DNA of 64,000 bases from Betaproteobacteria bacterium (GCA_947478805.1 CANJXQ010000005.1:6346-70345); one strand, 5' to 3'. Shown: positions 19,542 through 29,278, counted from the stretch's first letter. Numbers and translations: made by a program. The notes: generated by a model from the sequence alone, not told the origin.

Positions 19542-20146
19542 CCGCGAGGCGCAGTGCCTGTCATCGATGCACGCTGCGAGAAGCCGGCGAACCAGTCCGC
19601 GAGCTTCGGGGCCTTGTCGCGCCAGCCCAGGTCGGCAAAGCGAAAATCGAGGTAGCCGAGGGCGCAGCCGATCGACAACGTGCCGATATCAATCCGGCCC
19701 GGCAGCGATTCGGCGATGCCTTCCATCCAGTCGACGCCGGAGCGGATCTTGGCGAGCTGGCTCCCCGTCCAGTCGGCCCAGCGCAGCGCTTCCGGCCTGA
19801 GCGTGATCTCGTAACGCGCGAGCAGCGCGGCGCCGAGTATGCCGTCTGCAGCCGCATGTTCGGTGAGGCGCGCCCAGCGTTCGCGGCCCGATTTCGGGAA
19901 CAGATTGCCGCCGAAGGTCGCGTCGAGGTACTCGCAGATCACGACGCTGTCGAACAGGACGGTGCCATCGTCGCAGAAGAAGGTGGGTACCTGGCCCGTT
20001 GGGTTGCTCTTGACGATGTTGGCGTCCCGATTGATCGCATGCGCCGCATTGGGGAGTTTCTCGATGCGGTCTGCAACGCCCAGTTCATGGGCCACTGCCA
20101 TGCACTTGCGCACGTAGGGTGACGAGGTCGAGAAAAAGATCTTCAT
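19538..20146 (-). CDS. glutathione S-transferase family protein
   Basis: 202 aa. N-terminal thioredoxin-like GST domain with SPYVRK and GQVPTF motifs. Confidence 0.8.
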   Translation of the reverse strand: MKIFFSTSSPYVRKCMAVAHELGVADRIEKLPNAAHAINRDANIVKSNPTGQVPTFFCDDGTVLFDSVVICEYLDATFGGNLFPKSGRERWARLTEHAAADGILGAALLARYEITLRPEALRWADWTGSQLAKIRSGVDWMEGIAESLPGRIDIGTLSIGCALGYLDFRFADLGWRDKAPKLADWFAGFSQRASMTGTAPRG

Positions 20147-20211
20147 GGATTGCGCCTTTCATGGTTTGTCGTGTGGTTTGATTGTGACTGGGTACGCAGA
20201 AGACTGCAGGG

Positions 20212-21969
20212 TCAGGATGCTGGGGTGGCGGCCGGAGGGATTGCATTCTGCGTCTCATCGACGCCTGCTGCGCCGTGCGCCATGTGCATTGCCGACACCC
20301 AGCCGAAGGTCAGGGCGGGGCCGAGGGAAACGCCGGCGGCCGGATAGGCGCCGCCGGTCAGGGATTGCATGTCGGCTCCAACGACGTACAGGCCGCGGAT
20401 GGGTTTGCCGTCATCGTCCAGGGCGCGGGCGAACTCATCCGTGTCGATGCCCCACGCGGTGCCGACATCGCCCGGATACACGTGGACCGCGTAGAAGGGC
20501 GCTCCTGCCACCGGTCCGAGGCAGGGATTGGGGGAATGGCCGGCATCCCCGAGGAAGCGGTTGTAGGCGCTGCCGCCCTTGTTGAATTCGGGATCTGCGC
20601 CGGTTCTGGCGTAGTCGTTGAATCGCGAAACGGTGGCTGCGAGTTCCGAAGCCGGGACTTTCAAGCGTGTGGCAAGTTCCGCAATTGAAGCCGCCCGGAT
20701 CAGATAGCCGTTGCGAACGAGGTGTTCGAGCGGCCTTCCCCCGGGAAGCGCCAGGCCGAGCCCCCAGCGCCGGATGAAGGCGCTGTCGCAGACGAGCGCT
20801 GCGGGAATCGTCGGGACTGTGCGGTGCGACCGGTACATGCCCTCGACGAAGTCGTGGTACGAGGACGACTCGTTGACGAAGCGCTTGCCGGCCGAATTGA
20901 CCGCGAGCAAACCGGGCTTGGCGCGGTCCCAGATGAGGTGGGGATAGCGATGCAGGCTGCCGTCCTCGCGCCTGAGCACAGACACCGGCGCCCAGTACGC
21001 CACGCTCGCAGGCGTCTTGCCCATGCGTGCGCCCGCGCGGCGAGCCAGGCTGATGCCGTCGCCCTGGCTGCCTTCGGCCATCATCGAATACGGCCCGGTG
21101 GGTTTCGGAAAGTATTGTTCGCGCATTGTCGCGTCCTGCGCGAAGCCGCCCGTGGCGATGACCACGCCGCGTTGCGCGCGCACATTGAGCGAGCGGCCGG
21201 CGCGTTCGATGCGCACGCCATTGACAGCGCTTTCGCTGTTGTCGGTTGTTCTGATCAGTTCGCGGGCTGGCGCAGCCAGCCAGTACTCGATCTCGCGGTC
21301 CAGCAGGCTGAGGAAGAGCTGCGCCGCGAGCGAATTGCCGAGGAGAAGCCGTGTTCCGCGGTGATAGCCGCGCAGCCTGTCGAAACCATATCGCAAAACC
21401 AGCCGCATGCCGTGCTTCCAGGACGCGAACGAGCGCGTGACGGCGAGCAGGTGGCGCACGTCTGCGAGGTTGACCATCATGCCGCCCAGCACCATGAAAT
21501 CGCGGATGGGGTCGCGCAGCAGAGCAAAGCGTGCGCCGAGCAGGCGTCCGTCGAATTCCACGGGATCGACGCTGCGACCTCCCAGCGCCGCGCCTTCGCG
21601 TTCGGGATAGTAGTCGGGCGAGTATGCGCGGGCGTTGACCTTGAGACGCGTGCGCTGGGTCAGGTCGTCGAGGGCGCGCGGCCCGCAGCGAAGGAACTGC
21701 CCGACGAGGGCCTGCGATGCCGCCAGTCCGGCCGTGCTGCGCAGGTAGGCGCGGATGTTCTCCGGAGTGTCGGGATGGCCCGCCTTTTCGGAGAGGGAAT
21801 TGAGCGGAATCCATAGGGCGCCGCCCGACACCGCGGTTGTCCCGCCGATGCGTGAGGTTTTCTCCACCACCAGCACCGAGAGACCTTCAAGGCTGGCGGT
21901 CAGTGCCGCTGCCATGCCGGCCGCGCCGCTACCGATCACCACCACGTCGAACTCGCGATCCCATTGCAT
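20212..21969 (-). CDS. FAD-dependent oxidoreductase (KstD / fumarate-reductase flavoprotein-like)
   Basis: 585 aa. Starts MQWDREFDVVVIGSGAAGMAAAL (GxGxxG), followed by GGTTAVSGGALW. Confidence 0.8.
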   Translation of the reverse strand: MQWDREFDVVVIGSGAAGMAAALTASLEGLSVLVVEKTSRIGGTTAVSGGALWIPLNSLSEKAGHPDTPENIRAYLRSTAGLAASQALVGQFLRCGPRALDDLTQRTRLKVNARAYSPDYYPEREGAALGGRSVDPVEFDGRLLGARFALLRDPIRDFMVLGGMMVNLADVRHLLAVTRSFASWKHGMRLVLRYGFDRLRGYHRGTRLLLGNSLAAQLFLSLLDREIEYWLAAPARELIRTTDNSESAVNGVRIERAGRSLNVRAQRGVVIATGGFAQDATMREQYFPKPTGPYSMMAEGSQGDGISLARRAGARMGKTPASVAYWAPVSVLRREDGSLHRYPHLIWDRAKPGLLAVNSAGKRFVNESSSYHDFVEGMYRSHRTVPTIPAALVCDSAFIRRWGLGLALPGGRPLEHLVRNGYLIRAASIAELATRLKVPASELAATVSRFNDYARTGADPEFNKGGSAYNRFLGDAGHSPNPCLGPVAGAPFYAVHVYPGDVGTAWGIDTDEFARALDDDGKPIRGLYVVGADMQSLTGGAYPAAGVSLGPALTFGWVSAMHMAHGAAGVDETQNAIPPAATPAS

Positions 21970-22008
21970 GGGCGGGCCCGAGTCCGATGGTCCTGCGAGC
22001 CGGACGGC

Positions 22009-22884
22009 CTAGGACTTATTCTCGGCGCGCACGGCGACTTCCATCCGGCCGATGGACTCGATTTCGGCGAGCATCATGTCCCCGGGGGCGATGCGCGATG
22101 CGCCCTTGGGATTCCCCGTCATGAAGATGTCGCCAGGGTAGAGCGTCATGACGCTCGAGGCGAATTCGATCATGCTGGGAACGTCCAGGACCATGCGGCT
22201 GGTGGTTTCGTCCTGGCGCAGTTCCCCGTTGAGCCAGAGCCGGATATCGAGGTTGTTCGGCTGGGCGATTTCTTCCCGCGTGACCACCCACGGGCCGAGC
22301 ACGCCAAAGGTGTCGAAGGACTTGTTGTAGCTCGGTGTTTCATCCCCTCGCATGGTGATGTCCATGCCGATCGAGTAGCCGAGGATGTAATCGAAGGCGC
22401 GCTCCTTGGGGATGTTGGTGCCCTTCTTGCCGATGATGATCGCGAGCTCCGTCTCGTGCACGGTCAGGCGCTCCGTGTTGCGCAGCTCGACTCCTTCCGA
22501 GGGGCCGACGAGCGCGCTGGTCGCCTTGATGAACATGCCGTGTTCGCGCGGCTGCTTCTTGGTGGCGGCCACGTGCTCCGGGTAATTGGCAACGCCCAGC
22601 AGGATCTTGTTCGGGTTCGCAACAGGGCTGAGCAGTCGGACCTTGGCAAGCGGTATTGCGGGCGACTTGTCCGCCAGTTCTTCCATGCGCGGCCGTAGCA
22701 TCGCGAAGTTGGCGATCACCTGGTCTTCCCGCGGGAAGGGCCAGCGCAATGCCGGCAGGGCTTCGAGGACCGCGGTGACATCGTGGATGCCGCCGTCGCG
22801 TACGACGCCAAGGCGGCTCGCATCCGCGGTAAGCCGGGTGTCGCCAGGATGTGTTGGGTCGGCATAGAAGCGGCAGAATCTCAC
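22009..22884 (-). CDS. fumarylacetoacetate hydrolase (FAH) family protein
   Basis: ORF 22009..23004 trimmed to the GTG at 22884, which follows GAGGAGACAAC. C-terminal FAH block ELAIIIGKK...DYILGYSIGMDITMR...LYPGDIFMTG. Confidence 0.8.
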   Translation of the reverse strand: MRFCRFYADPTHPGDTRLTADASRLGVVRDGGIHDVTAVLEALPALRWPFPREDQVIANFAMLRPRMEELADKSPAIPLAKVRLLSPVANPNKILLGVANYPEHVAATKKQPREHGMFIKATSALVGPSEGVELRNTERLTVHETELAIIIGKKGTNIPKERAFDYILGYSIGMDITMRGDETPSYNKSFDTFGVLGPWVVTREEIAQPNNLDIRLWLNGELRQDETTSRMVLDVPSMIEFASSVMTLYPGDIFMTGNPKGASRIAPGDMMLAEIESIGRMEVAVRAENKS

Positions 22885-22927
22885 GTTGTCTCCTCGGGTT
22901 GCGTGTTGTTTCGGGGCTCCGCCTTGC

Positions 22928-23812
22928 CTAGAAAGGCACGGTGCCCTCGATGGTCGTTCGGTGCATGCGACGGCGCTGTGGCAGTTGGTAATCGCCGAGC
23001 GCATTGTGGATGGCAGCGCAGTTGTCCCAGAGGATGAAGTCGCCCACCCTCCAGCTGTGCCGGTAGACGAAGCGCGGCTGGGTCATGTGCTCGCGTAGCA
23101 TGTCCAGAAGCTCGTCCGCTTCGGCCTCCGGCATGCCCACGATGCCGACTGACAGCGGCCCGCTGACGTACAGGCACTTGCGCCCCGTGCGCGGGTGGGT
23201 GCGCACCAGCGGGTGAATGACATCCGGAACGCTGTCCTTGTTCTTTTCCCGTTCGGCCTGCGTCTTTTTCCCGCCGTCGCCCATCTCCTGGCGCGCCTTG
23301 CGTTCGGTAAAGATACGATAACTGTTGAGGACCTTCAGCCCATCGATCCGGCGCCGGGTTTCCTCGGGCAGCGCATCGTAGGCGGCGGAGGTGCTGGCGA
23401 ACAGGGTGTCGCCCAACGCGACGCCAGCCGCATCGTGCGGCACTTCGAGCGCATAGAGGGCCGAGCCGCGTGGCGGTTGTTCGACAAAGGCCATGTCGCT
23501 GTGCCAGTTGCGGCCCGCATCGGCCATGCCGATCGGCCTGCCATTCTCGATGATGTTGGACACGACGAAGATCTCCGGAAATCCCGGAAGGAGAAAGGTG
23601 TCGATGAGGAACTTCTCCAGGCTGCCGAAGCGACGACTGAAGTCCGCCTGCTGGCGGGGCGTCAGTTGCTGGTCCCGGAACAGGACCACCCCGTACTGGT
23701 CGAAGGTTCTTTCGATTTCAGCGAAGGTCGCATCATCCAGGTCCTGGGACAGGTCGACGCCCAGGATCTCGTGGCCCAGCGGTGCGTCAGCGTAGCGAAG
23801 TTTCAGTGTCAT
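22928..23812 (-). CDS. TauD/TfdA family Fe(II)/2-oxoglutarate dioxygenase
   Basis: 294 aa with WHSD, DTLFAS and WDNCAAIHNA blocks. Second paralogue in the window. Confidence 0.8.
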   Translation of the reverse strand: MTLKLRYADAPLGHEILGVDLSQDLDDATFAEIERTFDQYGVVLFRDQQLTPRQQADFSRRFGSLEKFLIDTFLLPGFPEIFVVSNIIENGRPIGMADAGRNWHSDMAFVEQPPRGSALYALEVPHDAAGVALGDTLFASTSAAYDALPEETRRRIDGLKVLNSYRIFTERKARQEMGDGGKKTQAEREKNKDSVPDVIHPLVRTHPRTGRKCLYVSGPLSVGIVGMPEAEADELLDMLREHMTQPRFVYRHSWRVGDFILWDNCAAIHNALGDYQLPQRRRMHRTTIEGTVPF

Positions 23813-24076
23813 TGTGATTCCTGATGCTCACGGCCTGTTTCACGGGGCTTTCGTCGAGTCACGTCACAACCAATTTACGAGGCAGTACCTCTCCATGCCA
23901 AGTATATCCAACCCTTTCGTCCGGGTTGCTCCAACGGTCGCAGGCAAGGGGTTGATCGCTTGCCTGTCCTGCATCATTGTTTGTGGTGAAGATAGGCGTT
24001 ACGTATACTTGAGCCCTACAGATTGCCGAGTGCGCCCGCGGTGTGGTTGGGGGTGCCTTTTACCGAGGAGGAACGT

Positions 24077-25060
24077 ATGTCCAATGCAACGATGATGGCT
24101 GCACGAAATCTGCTCCGAGCGGCTGCAGGCTTGTTGGTGATCTGCCTTGTGGCCGGAGCGCAGGCCCAGGAGAACTACCCGAGCCGCAAGAACGTGACGC
24201 TCATCGTCACCTATTCTGCTGGTGCGACCGACACCACGGCGCGGATGTTCGTGCCGTACTTTTCGGAAAAGCTCGGGCAGAAGGTGGTGGTCGAAAACGT
24301 GCCTGGCGCCTCGGGGAACCTCGGATACGCCGCGGGCATGCGCGCAGCGCCTGATGGCTACACCATCGTCTTTGCAGTGCAGGGCCTGGCCAGCAACCCC
24401 GCCTTGTTCGGTGACGCGCCCTACGATCCGATCAAGTCCTTCGTGCCGGTGACGGTGGTGGCAAATCTCTACCAGATGCTCGTTGCCTCGCCGGCGGTGC
24501 CTTTCAACAATCTCACCGAGCTAATCGCGCTGGCGCGCAAGCGCCCGGGCGAGCTGACCTACGCGGAGACGGGGGGCTCGGCCCGGTTTGCGATGGAAGT
24601 GCTGATCGGCATGGCAGGTAACATGAAGCTCACCAACGTCACTTTCAAAGGCGGCGGGGAGTCACTGAATGCGGTGCTGGGCGGGCATGTCAACATGCTG
24701 TGGGATTCCGTGTCCCAGATGGGCGCCCATGTCCAGGCCGGAAGACTCAAGCCGATCGCCTGGGCCGGCGCAAAGCGCAACAAGCAGTTCCCCAACGTGC
24801 CGACCGTTGGCGAGTCCGTTCCGGGCTATGAGTACGGTGGCTGGTTCGGCCTGATCGTTCCTGCCGGCACACCGCGCCCGATCGTGGACCGCATTCGAAC
24901 CGCGGCCGTTGCGGCACTGCAGGTACCGGAACTGCAGCGCAAGCTCGAGGAGGGCGGCAACGAGGTAGTCGGCAGCACTTCCGAGGAGTTCGCCGCGCTG
25001 ATCCAGAAGGAAGTCGTTCGCTACCAGCAACTCACCAAGCAAATGGGAATTTCCCGCTAA
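24077..25060 (+). CDS. Bug-family (TctC-like) substrate-binding protein
   Basis: ORF 24023..25060 trimmed to the ATG at 24077, which follows GAGGAGGAACGT. Has a signal peptide and the VENVPGASGN and FKGGGES blocks. Confidence 0.85.
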   Translation: MSNATMMAARNLLRAAAGLLVICLVAGAQAQENYPSRKNVTLIVTYSAGATDTTARMFVPYFSEKLGQKVVVENVPGASGNLGYAAGMRAAPDGYTIVFAVQGLASNPALFGDAPYDPIKSFVPVTVVANLYQMLVASPAVPFNNLTELIALARKRPGELTYAETGGSARFAMEVLIGMAGNMKLTNVTFKGGGESLNAVLGGHVNMLWDSVSQMGAHVQAGRLKPIAWAGAKRNKQFPNVPTVGESVPGYEYGGWFGLIVPAGTPRPIVDRIRTAAVAALQVPELQRKLEEGGNEVVGSTSEEFAALIQKEVVRYQQLTKQMGISR

Positions 25061-25127
25061 GCGCGCAGCAGACGTCGCCTCCAGGGGGCCCGCCGACGAT
25101 AAATGCGGGTAGTGAGTCGGTGGACCG

Positions 25128-26399
25128 CTACAGCTTGCTGAACCGGATCGGCACGCTCGAATAGATCTCGTAGTGCGTCCCGGGGTCGCGCACCAGTGGC
25201 CGGTCAGGGTCCAGTTCCATGCCGGCACCGTAGAAGCGGCGTGATATGGACACCAGCGTGCCGTCCACGCCCACTTTGCCCATCGGGTTGCGGCTCCCTG
25301 TGACAAGCGGGCGCCCCGGGCAGGCATGCGCTCCGGCGCCGAAGGCGATGCCCCAGGGCGGCGTGTCTTTGGGTTGCACGCGTCGCGGGTTGAACTCGTC
25401 GGCGTGCTCGCCAAATCGTGCATCCATGTTGGCAGGAACGAAATACATGGCCACGGACTCGCCGGCGCGAATGGTGCGTCCGCTGGAGAGCGTGACATCT
25501 TCGGAGGCGACCCGGATGCGTGCGGGCGGGGCCACGGTGAGGCGAAGTGATTCGAAGGCCGCGCGGCGCAGGAATTCCGGGTCGGTGTCGATTAACATGC
25601 GATCTTCCGGGTGCTTCTGGAACCAGCGCTCGAGCCTGAGCGCGAGCGAAATGAACCCGTTGGCAGTGGTCTGCGTGGAGCCGGTAATGAAGCCGTCGAC
25701 CTCGCGCAGGAGCAGCATGTCGTCACTTTTCCAGGTGTCCTCGCGGTGCACGGTCATGAGGGTGAGCATGTCGGTGGCCAGCGCGTTGATGGCTTCGGGA
25801 CTGTCGCCCCTGGCACGCGCCTCGGCAATGAATTTTTTCCGGCGATCAAGGGAAGGGGTGAAGAATTCGCGCTGGAATTCGTCGCGCGCGGCGTGGCCGC
25901 GCGCGAGTACTGCGTCCTTGTCGTCCAGGCTCCAGTCCACAGTCTGCCCGGCGGTGATGGTGCGCACCTGGCGGATGAAGCGCTGTGTTGCTTCCGCCGA
26001 TTCAAGCCCGTCGATGCCGACCAGCGCCGCGGCCACGCGGTGCAGGCACACCTGGATGAGCGGCGCGAGATCGGTGCGCACAATGCCGTCTGCGCCGCGA
26101 TGGACGGCGGCTTCTTCGGCAAGGCAGCGCTCGACGACAGGCACGAGGTGACGGTCGCGATAGCCCGCCACCGCGTCATCGTCGAGCAGGCGCGCGAGGA
26201 TGCGACGACGTGCCAGGTGCTCCTCGCCGTCGATCATGAAGGTGGTGTCCTTCAACAGGCTTTGGCGCGCGATGCGGTGCCCGCCTTGCAGGAACTTGCG
26301 CGAGCGCAGCACCTCGCCGATTTCGTCGAAATCGGTGAGCTGGACCATGCCGGCCACGGCTTCGGCCAGCATTGCGTCGGCAGCGGCTTTCTGGTTCAT
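25128..26399 (-). CDS. cytochrome P450
   Basis: 423 aa. Heme-thiolate loop FGAGAHACPG, ExxR (ESLR), and an I-helix-like GSTQTT. Confidence 0.85.
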   Translation of the reverse strand: MNQKAAADAMLAEAVAGMVQLTDFDEIGEVLRSRKFLQGGHRIARQSLLKDTTFMIDGEEHLARRRILARLLDDDAVAGYRDRHLVPVVERCLAEEAAVHRGADGIVRTDLAPLIQVCLHRVAAALVGIDGLESAEATQRFIRQVRTITAGQTVDWSLDDKDAVLARGHAARDEFQREFFTPSLDRRKKFIAEARARGDSPEAINALATDMLTLMTVHREDTWKSDDMLLLREVDGFITGSTQTTANGFISLALRLERWFQKHPEDRMLIDTDPEFLRRAAFESLRLTVAPPARIRVASEDVTLSSGRTIRAGESVAMYFVPANMDARFGEHADEFNPRRVQPKDTPPWGIAFGAGAHACPGRPLVTGSRNPMGKVGVDGTLVSISRRFYGAGMELDPDRPLVRDPGTHYEIYSSVPIRFSKL

Positions 26400-26513
26400 G
26401 CGAGCCTCTCTTGAGATAAGTAGTGGGGCTGATTCAGTCAGGTCGGGCCATTATCCGCGCCGCCTCTTGCCTTTGCAGCGAATTCAACGGGCGTCGGTTG
26501 TGGTGCGGTCCGG

Positions 26514-27440
26514 TCACGCGCCTGCGAGGGTCGCGCGCAGGCGTGCCAGGGGGCGCCCGTCGATGGCCGCAAGGCCCAGTCCTATCAATGTGATGCCGAA
26601 CCCCTGTTGCACGGTGAAGGTTTCGTCGAGGATGAAGACACCGAGCAGGAGCGCGCTGACTGGCGCGAGAAAGGTCACGATGATGCCGTTGGTGGCGCCC
26701 ACGGACTTCAGAATGGCGAAATAGAGCAACGGGGTGATGCCGGTGCTGAGGACCGCCAAGGCCAGGACGGCAACGATCGGCAGCGTTCCGGGCATGGGCA
26801 GGGTCCAGGGCTGGTCGACGATGAGTGCCACGGGCAGGCTGAGGACTGCAGCGCCGGTTACTTGCCCGGTAGCGGTAACCATCGAAGGCTGATTGCGAAA
26901 CCGCCGTGCATAGACTGCCGCCAGGCCATAGGAGAACGCGCCGCCGAGCACCGCGACCTGCGCAACGACTTGATCGCCCAGGCCGCGTAGTGCTTCTATG
27001 CCGACCATCACGGAGACCCCGGCCATGCCCAGCAGCACGCCCACGAACTTGGGCATTGTCAGGCGCTCGTCGCGCGTTGCGTAGTGCGCCACGACAACGG
27101 CGAACAGGGGCGCCGTGGTGTTGAATATCGCGGCAAGGCCGCTGGCGATTTGCTTCTGGCCCCAGGTGACCAGGCAGAACGGCAGAAACAGGTTCAGGAA
27201 GCCCAGGATGAACATGTCGCGCCAAAGCTTGAGCGGCAAGATGAAACTGTAGCCGCGCGCGCTGACATAGGCGAGGAGCAGCACCGATCCGATGACCAGG
27301 CGAATCGACACCACGGTGATGGGCGGCAGGCCTCGCAGCGCCAGCGCGTTAAAGAAGTATGAGCCGCCCCACAGGATCGCGAGCGACAGCATCAGCGTCC
27401 AGTCGAGCAGACCGGGACGCGGGTAGGCCTGGTCGTTCAA
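26514..27440 (-). CDS. EamA/DMT family transporter (paralogue A)
   Basis: 308 aa, about 10 hydrophobic segments. Shares the blocks VAHYATRDERL, GATN, PVSALLLG and GLAAIDGR with the four tandem copies at 29279-33158. Confidence 0.85.
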   Translation of the reverse strand: MNDQAYPRPGLLDWTLMLSLAILWGGSYFFNALALRGLPPITVVSIRLVIGSVLLLAYVSARGYSFILPLKLWRDMFILGFLNLFLPFCLVTWGQKQIASGLAAIFNTTAPLFAVVVAHYATRDERLTMPKFVGVLLGMAGVSVMVGIEALRGLGDQVVAQVAVLGGAFSYGLAAVYARRFRNQPSMVTATGQVTGAAVLSLPVALIVDQPWTLPMPGTLPIVAVLALAVLSTGITPLLYFAILKSVGATNGIIVTFLAPVSALLLGVFILDETFTVQQGFGITLIGLGLAAIDGRPLARLRATLAGA

Positions 27441-27480
27441 CGCCTAAGGCCGATCTGTGTTGCGTGCTTGGGCGCTTGCC

Positions 27481-28398
27481 TCATGCGGCCGCTGCGACCT
27501 GCCGTGCAGCCATGGCCTGCGCCACCCGCGAATTGGGCGCGCGACCGAGTGCTTCGCAGATGAACTGTCCGGCAGCGAACACCTTGTCGATGTCCACGCC
27601 GGTGTGGATGCCCATGCCGTTGAGCATGTAGAGCACGTCTTCCGTGGCAACGTTGCCGCTCGCCCCCTTCGCGTAGGGGCAGCCACCCAGACCCGCTACC
27701 GAACTGTCAACCGTTGCGATGCCCGCTTCCATGGCCGCGTAGATGTTGGCCAATGCCTGGCCCCAGGTGTCGTGGGTATGCAGCGCAAGGCGCTCGACCG
27801 GAACATGGCGGGCCACCGCAGCGATCATCGTCTGTACTTTGCCTGGCGTCCCCACGCCGATGGTGTCGCCGAGCGAGATTTCATAGCAGCCCATGGCATC
27901 CAGCGCCTTGGCAATGTCGGCCACGGCTTGCGGGGAAACTTCGCCTTCATAGGGGCAACCGACCGCGCAAGAGATATAGCCGCGAATGCGCATCTTGTTC
28001 GTCCGGGCAAGATCCACTACCGGACGGAATCGCTCCAGGCTCTCGGCGATGCTGCAATTGATGTTGCGCTGGCTGAAGCGCTCCGTGGCTGCTGCAAACA
28101 CGGCGATTTCATCCACTCCCGAGGCCAGTGCCGCCTCCATGCCCTTGATGTTCGGCATCAGCACTGGGTAGGCGACGCCCGGTTTGCGCTGCAGGCCCTT
28201 CATCACCTCGGCGTGATCGGCCATCTGCGGCACCCATTTGGGTGAGACGAAGGCCGTGGCTTCCACGCTGGGCAGGCCTGCATCGGCAAGGCGGTGGATC
28301 AGTTCGAGCTTGACGGCCGTGGGCACGGCACGGGCTTCGTTTTGAAGCCCGTCGCGCGGCCCCACTTCGACGATGCGCACGCTCTTGGGCAGGTTCAT
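27481..28398 (-). CDS. hydroxymethylglutaryl-CoA lyase (LiuE/MvaB-like)
   Basis: ORF 27481..28440 trimmed to [21 protein letters not shown], the canonical HMGL N-terminus. Its start lies 2 nt after the upstream gene's stop. Confidence 0.85.
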   Translation of the reverse strand: MNLPKSVRIVEVGPRDGLQNEARAVPTAVKLELIHRLADAGLPSVEATAFVSPKWVPQMADHAEVMKGLQRKPGVAYPVLMPNIKGMEAALASGVDEIAVFAAATERFSQRNINCSIAESLERFRPVVDLARTNKMRIRGYISCAVGCPYEGEVSPQAVADIAKALDAMGCYEISLGDTIGVGTPGKVQTMIAAVARHVPVERLALHTHDTWGQALANIYAAMEAGIATVDSSVAGLGGCPYAKGASGNVATEDVLYMLNGMGIHTGVDIDKVFAAGQFICEALGRAPNSRVAQAMAARQVAAAA

Positions 28399-28400
28399 GG

Positions 28401-29219
28401 TTATTCTCCGGGGGTCTTGGGCTTCGCCGGTGGCAGCCAATTCGGGCGGCGCTTCTCGAGGAAGGAGCGCACGCCTTCCTTGCCTTCGGCAGATGCGCGT
28501 GCCGTGGCGATGCGCGAAGCGGTGTCGGCGATCAGCGCGGCGTCGAGCGGGCAGCGCGCGACGTCGGCGATCAACTGCTTGGACGCCGATAGCGCGCCCG
28601 GACCGCCTTGGACCAATTGGGCCGCCAGGTGCGCGACGCGCTCATCGAGCGCGTGTGGCGCCACGGTCTCATGGACCAGGCCGATCCGCAGCGCTTCCGT
28701 GGCATCGAAGGCTTCGGCGGTGAGGAAGTAACGTCGCGCCGCCCGCTCGCCGATTGCGTTGATGACGTAGGGGCTGATGGTGGCTGGCGTGAGCCCGATG
28801 CGTACCTCGGACAGGCGGAACTGCGCATCCGTGGATGCGATGGCGATGTCGCAGGCGCAGACTAGCCCCATGCCCCCGGCAAATGCCGGCCCCTGCACTC
28901 GGGCAATGGTGGGCTTGGGCAGGGTATACAACCGGTGCAGCATCGCGGCCAACACCTCGGCGTCGGCGCGGTTCTCCTCGAAGCCGAAGCCTGCCATCTT
29001 CTTCATCCAGTGGAGGTCGGCGCCGGCGCAGAACGCCGTGCCGCGCCCGGCCAGGACGACGGCACGCACCCGCTCATCGGCGGCCAGCGCGACGAAGGAC
29101 GCATCCAGCTCGGCAATGGTGGCTTCGTTGAAGGCATTGCGCACCTCCGGGCGGTTGAGCCACACCGTCGCAATGCCGCCGGCAACGTCGATTTCAAGCG
29201 TTTGCGGATTCATGCGCAA
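28401..29219 (-). CDS. enoyl-CoA hydratase, methylglutaconyl-CoA hydratase (LiuC/AtuE)-like
   Basis: 272 aa. Crotonase fold with the [10 protein letters not shown] signature seen in LiuC-type hydratases. Confidence 0.75.
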   Translation of the reverse strand: MRMNPQTLEIDVAGGIATVWLNRPEVRNAFNEATIAELDASFVALAADERVRAVVLAGRGTAFCAGADLHWMKKMAGFGFEENRADAEVLAAMLHRLYTLPKPTIARVQGPAFAGGMGLVCACDIAIASTDAQFRLSEVRIGLTPATISPYVINAIGERAARRYFLTAEAFDATEALRIGLVHETVAPHALDERVAHLAAQLVQGGPGALSASKQLIADVARCPLDAALIADTASRIATARASAEGKEGVRSFLEKRRPNWLPPAKPKTPGE

Positions 29220-29278
29220 ATTTTCTCACAGTCTCAAGGGTGCTGAGGGCGATGAGTTAATCGTTCGAGCACAACGGA

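Noticed and set aside
20435-21814. 459-aa same-strand alternative-frame ORF inside the flavoprotein gene
   Set aside because: Its composition is extremely Arg/Pro/Gly-rich and low in complexity. The overlapping frame at 20212-21969 has a clear FAD-binding GxGxxG start and conserved blocks.
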